DNA of 64,000 nucleotides from Macrostomum hystrix (taxonomy: Eukaryota; Animalia; Platyhelminthes): the NCBI GenBank assembly GCA_950097015.1, contig CATNEN010000024.1, positions 6,076,001-6,140,000 on the forward strand, given 5' to 3'. The notes under the pieces were generated by a model. It searched no databases and had not been told where the DNA came from. It was given only the letters and a program-made list of their open reading frames with translations. This document shows, one piece after another, positions 34,301 through 46,300 of the stretch (within the stretch, counting starts at the first letter, position 1; each line of letters begins with the position of its first letter). The position numbers were made by a program, and so were the translations under genes.

Positions 34301-37300
34301 CATTAAATGATCCGAATGTGATAGTAGGGTCGGTCATTCAATGATCAGGATGTGAGGGTAGGGTCGGTCATTCCATGATCAGGGTGTGAGGGTAGGGTCG
34401 GTCATTCAATGATCAGGATGTGAGGGTAGGGTCGGTCATTCCATGATCAGGGTGTGAGGGTAGGGTCGGTCATTCCATGATCAGGGTGTGAGGGTAGGGT
34501 CGGTCATTCAATGATCAGGGTGTGAGGGTAGGGTCGGTCATTCCATGATCAGGGTGTGAGGGTAGGGTCGGTCATTCAATGATCCGAATGTGATAGTAGG
34601 GTCGGTCATTCAATGATCAGGGTGTGAGGGTGGGGTCGGTCATTCCATGATCGGGATGTGAGGGTCAGTCATAGAATGAATCATGGAATCCTGTCACACA
34701 GACCTTGACAAGTACCAGGAGATGAGCAGTATGAGCATGAGCATGGTGAGAACCAGTCCGATGCCAGTGACAGTGAGAATTCTGTCAGTTCGATGGAAGC
34801 AGTCTGAAATGAAAAGACGGGAGCTTTGGTTGTATTTGGTAGACACAGATTTAGAAAGCGAGCACAGAAAGGCGAACACTGACCCAGAACTTTGCCCTTG
34901 CAGGTCTCGGTGAAATTTTTATACGGCAGCATGTTCCTCTCGCACCGATCGCCGTGAAATGGATATGTGCAGCTGCAAAAGAATTTTTTTCTGCTTTGTT
35001 TGAACCTTCAAAGATACAAAAGTGAAATGAGCATGGATGAGCAATAGGCAATGCTCAAGCATCAACTACTCAACGAATCAATGCTAATCTCTACAAATCG
35101 ATGCTGAGCCATGGAAGGTGTCAGGGATAATTAGGCTAGAGGACACTGATCCCGGGTCAAACAATAGTTTATCCCCAGTGGGGAACACTCCTTTACTTTT
35201 TCCTAGCCCCTCGGGGAGAGAGAAAGACAGGAATTGATGATCCTAAGCATGGTCATATCCCACTAATCCCTTGTAGTAACAGTTTCTAGCACTGGTTTAA
35301 GATAGAAATCTTATCATTGCTCTGGCCAAGTTAGCTGAAATTAATTTCGCATTAATACTGAATGAGGGATTCACTCTGCTGCTGCTGCTGCTGCTGCTCA
35401 GCGTGACTTTCCTGTCATTCTATCTGTCATTCTCACTTATTCCTTTATCGATTTATTATTTGGCTTGACCAAGGAAAATTGCTAATATCTTAAAGAGGTC
35501 GCACGAAAATTAATGGCAAATCATGTGTAATTTCTGGCACTTGTTGGATTTTGAGTGTGGCAGAGCTGCCAACGCGTTTGCCTCGCACCAAGGTCCCTGA
35601 GCTCGATTCCGCGGCGAGGCCACATTCATTTGGGTCGCAGCCGCGAAGAGAAGGCTTGGGGCCTGTCGTGAAATTTACCCGATTGAGGGCCAACCTCCAA
35701 GGCACAGTGAGAGTGTACACTGCCTGACGATGAGAAAGTCAGGGCAGAGGTACACACCTGTGTGGGTGTGTGCTCAGGAGTCAGCGAAATGAGCAGAATT
35801 GCCTCCTTGCTGGCTAAATGTCGACTGTGACCAGAAGATGTGTCATTGCCCACAGCCCAATGACACATTGCCCATTGTGTCATTGCCCACAACCCAATTG
35901 CCCACAGCCCAATGGCACATTGCCCATTGTGTCATTGCCCACAGCCCAATTGCCCACAGCCCACAGCAAATATGAATATTAATTATGATTAATTTCTTGA
36001 TACTAGTTTTTGTCTGATCATCATGCTTGCTATATTTAAAACTATGAAAACAAGAAAAACACGACAAGCGTAGAAAATTGTGACATGAAGTAAGGAACAT
36101 AGGGATATTTTCTTGTCTTGGTATTTATCGTTTTTTAACTAATTAAAAAAGGAAGATTGATGACCTGAGATTCCTACTGGATTATAAACTATTTAAGGAA
36201 AATACTGAAGTAGTTTAATCGGTTTGTTAATCAGTTTCTACGGGGAAGCTTCAGTAATCCAGGTGTGAATGACAAACGACCCAGCTAGCCTATCTTACCA
36301 GCAACTCATTATCTCTTCGAGTTCAAGACCGATAAAATTTTGCGCTATAAGCCAGCCAGCGGAGCTTCATAACTCACGCAAACTCCTTGAAGCATTTCTC
36401 CCGCCTCCCTCTCTCGATTTCTCCATTCTTTTAGCAGTGGAGTCCTCAGGGCATGAAAGCTAGCAAGGCACGGAGGCTCAAATTATCATAATAGTACTCA
36501 AAGCTTTGCTGCTGAGTTGCCCATGCTGGGTGAGCTGCTTAGATTATGAAATTATAGGCTTTGGTCAAGCTATGCTAGCCAGCAGATCCGTAGTGAGTAC
36601 AACTAAACTTGTTAGATTTATTTATTCATAACTAATTAGCCCCATTCTAATACTGAAACTGAGCGGCATGCACTTTGAAGTAGAAAGGAAAATAGGAAAG
36701 AGAGAGGAAGATAATGAGAGAGGGTAAGAATGGGAGAGGGTAAGAATGAGAGGGTAGGAATGGGAGAGGGTAAGAATGGGAGAGGGTAAGAATGGGAGGG
36801 GTAAGAATGGGAGGGGGTAAGAATGGGAGAGGGTAAGAATGGGAGAGGGTAAGAATGGAAGAGGGTAAGAATGGAAGAGGGTAAGAATGGGAGTGGGTAA
36901 GAATGAGAGAGGGTAAGAATGGGAGGGGGTAAGAATGGGAGGGAGTAAGAATGAGGGAGGGTAAGAATGAGAGAGGGTAAGAATGGGAGAGGGTAAGAAT
37001 GGGAGAGGGTAAGAATGGGAGAGGGTAAGAATGGGAGGGGTAAGAATGGGAGGGGGTAAGAATGGGAGAGGGTAAGAATGGGAGAGGGTAAGAATGGGAG
37101 AGGGTAAGAATGGGAGAGGGTAAGAATGGGAGAGGGTAAGAATGGGAGGGGTAAGAATGGGAGGGGGTAAGAATGGGAGAGGGTAAGAATGGGAGAGGGT
37201 AAGAATGGGAGAGGGTAAGAATGGGAGAGGGTAAGAATGGAAGAGGGTAAGAATGGAAGAGGGTAAGAATGGAAGAGGGTAAGAATGAGAGAGGGTAAGA

Positions 37301-40300
37301 ATGAGAGAGGGTAAGAATGGGAGGGGGTAAGAATGGGAGGGAGTAAGAATGAGGGAGGGTAAGAATGGGAGAGGATAAGAATCAGAGAGGGTAAGAATGA
37401 GAGAGGGTAAGAATGAGAGAGGGTAAGAATGGGAGAGGGTAAGAATGAGAGAGGTTAAGAATGAGAGAGGGTAAGAATGAGAGAGGGTAAGAATCAGAGA
37501 GGGTAAGAATGAGAGAGGGTAAGAATGGGAGGGGGTAAGAATGGGAGGGAGTAAGAATGAGGGAGGGTAAGAATGGGAGAGGATAAAACAGAAAGAATGA
37601 GAGAGAAAGGGAGAGGGAGAGAGAGATGGAGACTGAGAGATATTTGAAAAAACGATCACTCCAAGTAACTGTAGCGAAGTGAAATTGTAGAGACAGAGTC
37701 ACACTGGCCATTGAGAGTGAGTTTTCTGTTGTTTAGCAGACTCTGCTCTGCCCTTAAGCAACTATAGTCTGTCACACAGAGACAAGTTTTGCATCCTGCT
37801 ATTGCACAACCGAAAGCAAACAGTAGTGCAAAACAAAGGAGAATTGTTAGTGCCAGGTCTGTCATTTTTTCCATTAATAAATTATCAGACAGAGATGCAG
37901 ATGTGAAAGAAAGCGTAAAAATTGCTTAATTTTTTTCTTTTTAGTTTAGCGCGGCCAATTCAATTGGCAACCAGCTTTTCTAGCTGATGATAAACTCACA
38001 CAACAATAATTATTGTATAGTATAGCAACTACCCTGTGTTTAAGGAAAATCATTAGAATCATTTTAAACTTGTCAAGTTGTCCACACTTGAACTCTTGGC
38101 TAAAATTGCTTTCTAATTTAGCTTGAATTCTTTGAAAAGAGTTTTTATCTCTTGAGTATGGCATCTCAAGTTGAGATCGATACCGATTCTGGTCAATTAA
38201 TTGCTAGCTTTCCATTCAAACTTGAAACTGGTCTTCTCTCCGCGTCTTACCGCGAAAACACATCGGCAAGAATTACCGAAGTCAGAAAAGCGAAAATTAG
38301 ATTTAAAAAGCGAATTACGGACTCACTTGCAGAATTTAATACCGCCAGGATAGCTGCTGCAGCTACCGTTGTGCAGGCAGTACTGGGCTGGGCACGACTC
38401 TGCGGAGTAGGTAAAGGCTCGAGTGAGTCAAGGCTTCAGTGAGTGAGTCAAGGCTTGAGTGAGTCAAGGCTTCAGTGAGTGAGTCAAGGCTCGAGTGAGT
38501 CAAGGCTCGAGTGAGTGAGTCAAGGCTCGAGTGAGTCAAGGCTTGAGTGAGTGAGTCAAGGCTTCAGTGAGTGAGTCAAGGCTCGAGTGAGTCAAGGCTC
38601 GAGTGAGTGAGTCAAGGCTTCAGTGAGTGAGTCAAGGCTCGAGTGAGTCAAGGTTCGAGTGAGTGAGTCAAGGCTTGAGTGAGTGAGTCAAGGCTTGAGT
38701 GAGTGAGTCAAGGCTTGAGTGAGTGAGTCAAGGCTTGAGTGAGTGAGTCAAGGCTTGAGTGAGTCAAGGCTTGAGTGAGTGAGTCAAGGCTTGAGTGAGT
38801 GAGTCAAGGCTTGAGTGAGTGAGTCAAGGCTTGAGTGAGTCAAGGCTTGAGTGAGTGAGTCAAGGCTCGAGTGAGTCAAGGCTTGAGTGAGTGAGTCAAG
38901 GCTCGAGTGAGTCAAGGCTTGAGTGAGTGAGTCAAGGCTTGAGTGAGTGAGTCAAGGCTTGAGTGAGTCAAGGCTTGAGTGAGTCAAGGCTTGAGTGAGT
39001 CAAGGCTTGAGTGAGTCAAGGCTTGAGTGAGTCAAGGCTTGAGTGAGTCAAGGCTTGAGTGAGTCAAGGCTTGAGTGAGTCAAGGCTTGAGTGAGTCAAG
39101 GCTTGAGTGAGTCAAGGCTTGAGTGAGTCAAGGCTTGAGTGAGTCAAGGCTTGAGTGAGTCAAGGCTTGAGTGAGTCAAGGCTTGAGTGAGTCAAGGCTT
39201 GAGTGAGTCAAGGCTTGAGTGATTGAGTCAAGGCTTCTATGAATGAGTCATAAAGTTCCAATGAGTGAGTCATTAGGACTTGTATGAATGAGTCGTAGAG
39301 ACCTAAAATTAATCCAAGTGAAGAGAAAAAGTTAATTTTTTGAAAATTAGCAATTAATTAATGAAAGTGACTTTAGAGTCTCATTGCGCGCACAGAGCAC
39401 TGGTACAAAATGGGTTTGCAAAAAGTGCTTCATAAGAAGTCCATAGACGATGCTTGGCACCCAACTGAATCCCAGAGCAGATGAGATGATGTGGTAGAGA
39501 CCTCCTGCCTGTTGCACCAATGTCCCCACAATCGCATATAATGTCCCGCCAGCATTGGGCCTACTAATCTGTGCAATTAGCTTGAAATGATCGGAAAGTC
39601 TTGGACCCACTTATTCGGCAGTTGATGGATTGGCTGGCTCAATAGATGTCAGTTAAAGATGGGAATGTAGAAATTTTCCTAGAAGCCGTCATCTTTAGGA
39701 ATCATTTTGAGTAGCTGAGCGAGCTCGGCTAGTCCGCAGTTCTTTGCCTTTTAAATTTCCCTTCGTTCAGTCTCTTTCCCCAGTCCTTCAGGGTGCCAGT
39801 CTCTTTCCCCAGTCCTTCAGGGTGTCAGTCTCTTTCCCTCCAGTTCTTCAGGGTGTCAGTCTCTTTCCCACCAGTCCTTCAGGGTGTCAGTCTCTTTCCC
39901 TCCAGTCCTTCAGGGTGTCAGTCTCTTTCCCACCAGTCCTTCAGGGTGTCAGTTCCTTTCCCACCAGTCCTTCAGGGTGTCAGTCTCTTTCCCACCAGTC
40001 CTTCAGGGTGTCAGTTCCTTTCCCACCAGTCCTTCAGGGTGTCAGTCTCTTTCCCACCAGTCCTTCAGGGTGTCAGTTCCTTTCCCACCAGTCCTTCAGG
40101 GTGTCAGTTACTTTGAAGAAGAACCAATAAATTATAATTGTGACATTTTCTCACCGTCAATGGCAGTTGGCGCTGTTGTGGTGAGGGGTACAGTTGGCAG
40201 AACAGATTGCACTAAAAATTAAATGTTTTAAATATGTTAATTTACACATATTTTCACTGAGATCTGATTGGTCAATGCATTTTGCACCAATTATAATCGG

Positions 40301-43300
40301 GTATGTACATAAATGTAAACATTTTTCAGTGTCACCTAACTTTTTGATTTCTGATTGGTCGATTCCAACTAGCCAATCAGAATAAGTGGGAAGGGTATCG
40401 ATGTACGAGTACAAAGAAATGTACACAAAAACTCGCTGTTTTCAAATCAGCGCAAAATTTTTATTTAGTAAATCTCCGACTTAATTTTTATTCTTAGCAC
40501 GAATTCTTGTTTGCCAACAGGATAAAATTGTTAAATATATTTTTCACCTGGACAAGCGGACAAGCGACACTTGACATTTGAGATCCCACTTTACAAAGTG
40601 TAGCTACACAAATTTAAGGAAAGAGCATATACGTACTTAGGCTTACCTGCAACGTAGACCCACTTCTGTATTGAGCCGTGATTGTTCTCAGCTTTGCAGG
40701 TGTAGTTGCCGGAGTCGCCAACAGTGATACGCGATACCTGCAGTGTAGACACCAGCTGCCTGGGAATGGGGTTTGGAAGTTTGGAAAGTTGGACAAATCG
40801 TGCTCCGATGCGTTTGTGAGATAAGCTTTGATTGAGGAAGTTGCATTCCATTCTCTCAGAAAACTCAGAGAGTTACATCCCATTCTCTCAGAAAACTCAG
40901 GGAGTTGCATCCCATTCCCTCAGAAAACTCAGGGAGTTACATCCCATTCTCTCAGAAAACTCAGGGAGTTGCATCCCATTCCCTCAGAAAACTCAGGGAG
41001 TTACATCCCATTCTCTCAGAAAACTCAGAGAGTTGCATTCCATTCCCTTAGAAAACTCAGGGAGTTGCATTCCATTCTCTTAGAAAACTCAGGGAGTTGC
41101 ATTCCATTCCCTTAGAAAACTCAGGGAGTTGCATTCCATTCTCTTAGAAAACTCAGAGAGTTGCATTCCATTCCCTTAGAAAACTCAGAGAGTTGCATTC
41201 CATTCCCTTAGAAAACTCAGGGAGTTACATCCCATTCTCTTAGAAAACTCAGAGAGTTGCATTCCATTCCCTTAGAAAACTCAGAGAGTTGCATTCCATT
41301 CCCTTAGAAAACTCAGGGAGTTGCATTCCATTCTCTTAGAAAACTCAGGGAGTTACATCCCATTCCCTTAGAAAACTCAGAGAGTTGCATTCCATTCCCT
41401 CAGAAAACTCAGGGAGTTGCATTCCATTCTCTCAGAAAACTCAGGGAGTTGCATTCCATTCTCTCAGAAAACTCAGGGAGTTGCATTCCATTCTCTCAGA
41501 AAACTCAGGGAGTTGCATTCCATTCTCTCAGAAAACTCAGGGAGTTGCATTCCATTCTCTTAGAAAACTCAGGGAGTTACATCCCATTCCCTTAGAAAAC
41601 TCAGAGAGTTGCATTCCATTCCCTTAGAAAACTCAGGGAGTTGCATCCCATTCTCTCAGAAAACTCAGGGAGTTGCATTCCATTCCCTCAGAAAACTCAG
41701 AGAGTTACATCCCATTCTCTTAGAAAACTCAGGGAGTTGCATTCCATTCCCTTAGAAAACTCAGGGAGTTGCATTCCATTCCCTTAGAAAACTCAGGGAG
41801 TTGCATTCCATTCCCTTAGAAAACTCAGGGAGTTGCATTCCATTCCCTTAGAAAACTCAGGGAGTTGCATTCCATTCCCTTAGAAAACTCAGGGAGTTGC
41901 ATTCCATTCCCTTAGAAAACTCAGAGAGTTGCATTCCATTCCCTTAGAAAACTCAGAGAGTTGCATCCCATTCTCTCAGAAAACTCAGGGAGTTGCATTC
42001 CATTCCCTTAGAAAACTCAGGGAGTTGCATTCCATTCCCTTAGAAAACTCAGGGAGTTGCATTCCATTCCCTTAGAAAACTCAGGGAGTTGCATTCCATT
42101 CCCTTAGAAAACTCAGGGAGTTGCATCCCATTCTCTTAGAAAACTCAGGGAGTTACATCCCATTCTCTCAGAAAACTCAGGGAGTTGCATTCCATTCCCT
42201 CAGAAAACTCAGGGAGTTGCATTCCATTCTCTCAGAAAACTCAGGGAGTTGCATTCCATTCCCTTAGAAAACTCAGAGAGTTACATCCCATTCTCTCAGA
42301 AAACTCAGGGAGTTGCATTCCATTCTCTCAGAAAACTCAGGGAGTTGCATTCCATTCTCTGAGAAAACTCAGGGAGTTGCATTCCATTCTCTCAGAAAAT
42401 TCAGGGAGTTGCATCCCATTCTCTCAGAAAACTCAGGGAGTTGCATTCCATTCTCTCAGAAAACTCAGGGAGTTGCATTCCATTCCCTTAGAAAACTCAG
42501 AGAGTTGCATTCCATTCCCTTAGAAAACTGAGAGAGTTGCATTCCATTCCCTTAGAAAACTGAGAGAGTTGCATTCCATTCCCTTAGAAAACTCAGGGAG
42601 TTGCATTCCATTCTCTTAGAAAACTCAGGGAGTTACATCCCATTCCCTTAGAAAACTCAGAGAGTTGCATTCCATTCCCTTAGAAAACTCAGGGAGTTGC
42701 ATCCCATTCTCTTAGAAAACTCAGAGAGTTGCATTCCATTCCCTCAGAAAACTCAGAGAGTTGCATTCCATTCCCTTAGAAAACTCAGGGAGTTGCATTC
42801 CATTCCCTTAGAAAACTCAGGGAGTTGCATTCCATTCCCTTAGAAAACTCAGGGAGTTGCATTCCATTCCCTTAGAAAACTCAGGGAGTTGCATTCCATT
42901 CCCTTAGAAAACTCAGGGAGTTGCATTCCATTCCCTTAGAAAACTCAGGGAGTTGCATCCCATTCTCTTAGAAAACTCAGGGAGTTGCATTCCATTCCCT
43001 TAGAAAACTCAGAGAGTTACATTCCATTCTCTTAGAAAACTCAGGGAGTTGCATCCCATTCTCTCAGAAAACTCAGGGAGTTGCATTCCATTCTCTCAGA
43101 AAACTCAGGGAGTTGCATCCCATTCTCTCAGAAAACTCAGGGAGTTGCATTCCATTCCCTTAGAAAACTCAGGGAGTTGCATCCCATTCTCTTAGAAAAC
43201 TCAGGGAGTTGCATTCCATTCTCTCAGAAAACTCAGAGAGTTGCATCCCATTCTCTCAGAAAACTCAGGGAGTTGCATTCCATTCCCTTAGAAAACTCAG

Positions 43301-46300
43301 GGAGTTGCATTCCATTCCCTTAGAAAACTCAGGGAGTTGCATTCCATTCCCTTAGAAAACTCAGGGAGTTGCATTCCATTCCCTTAGAAAACTCAGGGAG
43401 TTGCATCCCATTCTCTTAGAAAACTCAGGGAGTTGCATTCCATTCTCTCAGAAAACTCAGGGAGTTGCATTCCATTCCCTTAGAAAACTCAGGGAGTTAC
43501 ATCCCATTCTCTCAGAAAACTCAGGGAGTTGCATCCCATTCTCTCAGAAAACTCAGGGAGTTGCATTCCATTCCCTCAGAAAACTCAGGGAGTTGCATTC
43601 CATTCTCTCAGAAAACTCAGGGAGTTGCATTCCATTCCCTTAGAAAACTCAGAGAGTTACATCCCATTCTCTCAGAAAACTCAGGGAGTTGCATTCCATT
43701 CTCTCAGAAAACTCAGGGAGTTGCATTCCATTCTCTGAGAAAACTCAGGGAGTTGCATTCCATTCTCTCAGAAAATTCAGGGAGTTGCATCCCATTCTCT
43801 CAGAAAACTCAGGGAGTTGCATTCCATTCTCTCAGAAAACTCAGGGAGTTGCATTCCATTCCCTTAGAAAACTCAGAGAGTTGCATTCCATTCCCTTAGA
43901 AAACTGAGAGAGTTGCATTCCATTCCCTTAGAAAACTCAGGGAGTTGCATTCCATTCTCTTAGAAAACTCAGGGAGTTACATCCCATTCCCTTAGAAAAC
44001 TCAGAGAGTTGCATTCCATTCCCTTAGAAAACTCAGGGAGTTGCATCCCATTCTCTCAGAAAACTCAGGGAGTTGCATTCCATTCCCTCAGAAAACTCAG
44101 AGAGTTACATCCCATTCTCTTAGAAAACTCAGGGAGTTGCATTCCATTCCCTTAGAAAACTCAGGGAGTTGCATTCCATTCCCTTAGAAAACTCAGGGAG
44201 TTGCATTCCATTCCCTTAGAAAACTCAGGGAGTTGCATTCCATTCCCTTAGAAAACTCAGGGAGTTGCATTCCATTCCCTTAGAAAACTCAGGGAGTTGC
44301 ATTCCATTCCCTTAGAAAACTCAGGGAGTTGCATTCCATTCCCTTAGAAAACTCAGGGAGTTGCATTCCATTCCCTTAGAAAACTCAGGGAGTTGCATCC
44401 CATTCCCTTAGAAAACTCAGGGAGTTGCATTCCATTCCCTTAGAAAACTCAGGGAGTTGCATTCCATTCCCTTAGAAAACTCAGGGAGTTGCATTCCATT
44501 CCCTTAGAAAACTCAGAGAGTTACATTCCATTCTCTTAGAAAACTCAGGGAGTTACATCCCATTCTCTTAGAAAACTCAGGGAGTTGCATTCCATTCCCT
44601 TAGAAAACTCAGGGAGTTGCATTCCATTCCCTCAGAAAACTCAGAGAGTTACATCCCATTCTCTTAGAAAACTCAGGGAGTTGCATTCCATTCCCTTAGA
44701 AAACTCAGGGAGTTGCATTCCATTCCCTTAGAAAACTCAGGGAGTTGCATTCCATTCCCTTAGAAAACTCAGGGAGTTGCATTCCATTCCCTTAGAAAAC
44801 TCAGGGAGTTGCATTCCATTCCCTTAGAAAACTCAGGGAGTTGCATCCCATTCTCTTAGAAAACTCAGGGAGTTGCATTCCATTCCCTTAGAAAACTCAG
44901 AGAGTTACATTCCATTCTCTCAGAAAACTCAGGGAGTTGCATCCCATTCTCTCAGAAAACTCAGGGAGTTGCATTCCATTCTCTCAGAAAACTCAGGGAG
45001 TTGCATTCCATTCTCTGAGAAAACTCAGGGAGTTGCATTCCATTCTCTCAGAAAATTCAGGGAGTTGCATCCCATTCTCTCAGAAAACTCAGGGAGTTGC
45101 ATTCCATTCTCTCAGAAAACTCAGGGAGTTGCATCCCATTCTCTCAGAAAACTCAGGGAGTTGCATTCCATTCCCTTAGAAAACTCAGAGAGTTGCATTC
45201 CATTCTCTCAGAAAACTCAGGGAGTTGCATTCCATTCCCTTAGAAAACTCAGAGAGTTGCATTCCATTCCCTTAGAAAACTCAGAGAGTTGCATTCCATT
45301 CCCTTAGAAAACTCAGGGAGTTGCATTCCATTCCCTTAGAAAACTCAGGGAGTTGCATCCCATTCTCTTAGAAAACTCAGGGAGTTGCATTCCATTCTCT
45401 CAGAAAACTCAGGGAGTTGCATTCCATTCCCTTAGAAAACTCAGGGAGTTACATCCCATTCTCTCAGAAAACTCAGGGAGTTGCATCCCATTCTCTCAGA
45501 AAACTCAGGGAGTTGCATTCCATTCCCTCAGAAAACTCAGGGAGTTGCATTCCATTCTCTCAGAAAACTCAGGGAGTTGCATCCCATTCTCTCAGAAAAC
45601 TCAGGGAGTTGCATTCCATTCCCTCAGAAAACTCAGGGAGTTGCATTCCATTCTCTCAGAAAACTCAGGGAGTTACATCCCATTCCCTTAGAAAACTCAG
45701 AGAGTTGCATTCCATTCCCTTAGAAAACTCAGGGAGTTGCATCCCATTCTCTCAGAAAACTCAGGGAGTTGCATTCCATTCCCTCAGAAAACTCAGGGAG
45801 TTACATCCCATTCTCTTAGAAAACTCAGGGAGTTGCATTCCATTCCCTTAGAAAACTCAGAGAGTTACATTCCATTCTCTTAGAAAACTCAGGGAGTTGC
45901 ATTCCATTCCCTTAGAAAACTCAGAGAGTTACATTCCATTCTCTTAGAAAACTCAGGGAGTTGCATCCCATTCTCTCAGAAAACTCAGGGAGTTGCATTC
46001 CATTCTCTCAGAAAACTCAGGGAGTTGCATTCCATTCCCTTAGAAAACTCAGGGAGTTGCATCCCATTCTCTCAGAAAACTCAGGGAGTTGCATTCCATT
46101 CCCTTAGAAAACTCAGAGAGTTACATCCCATTCTCTCAGAAAACTCAGGGAGTTGCATTCCATTCTCTCAGAAAACTCAGGGAGTTGCATTCCATTCTCT
46201 CAGAAAACTCAGGGAGTTGCATTCCATTCCCTTAGAAAACTCAGGGAGTTGCATTCCATTCTCTCAGAAAACTCAGGGAGTTGCATTCCATTCTCTCAGA

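Noticed and set aside
39347-39610. hydrophobic 87-aa ORF as a neuregulin exon
   Set aside because: Its acceptor phase does not fit, and the stalk and EGF exons join in frame without it.
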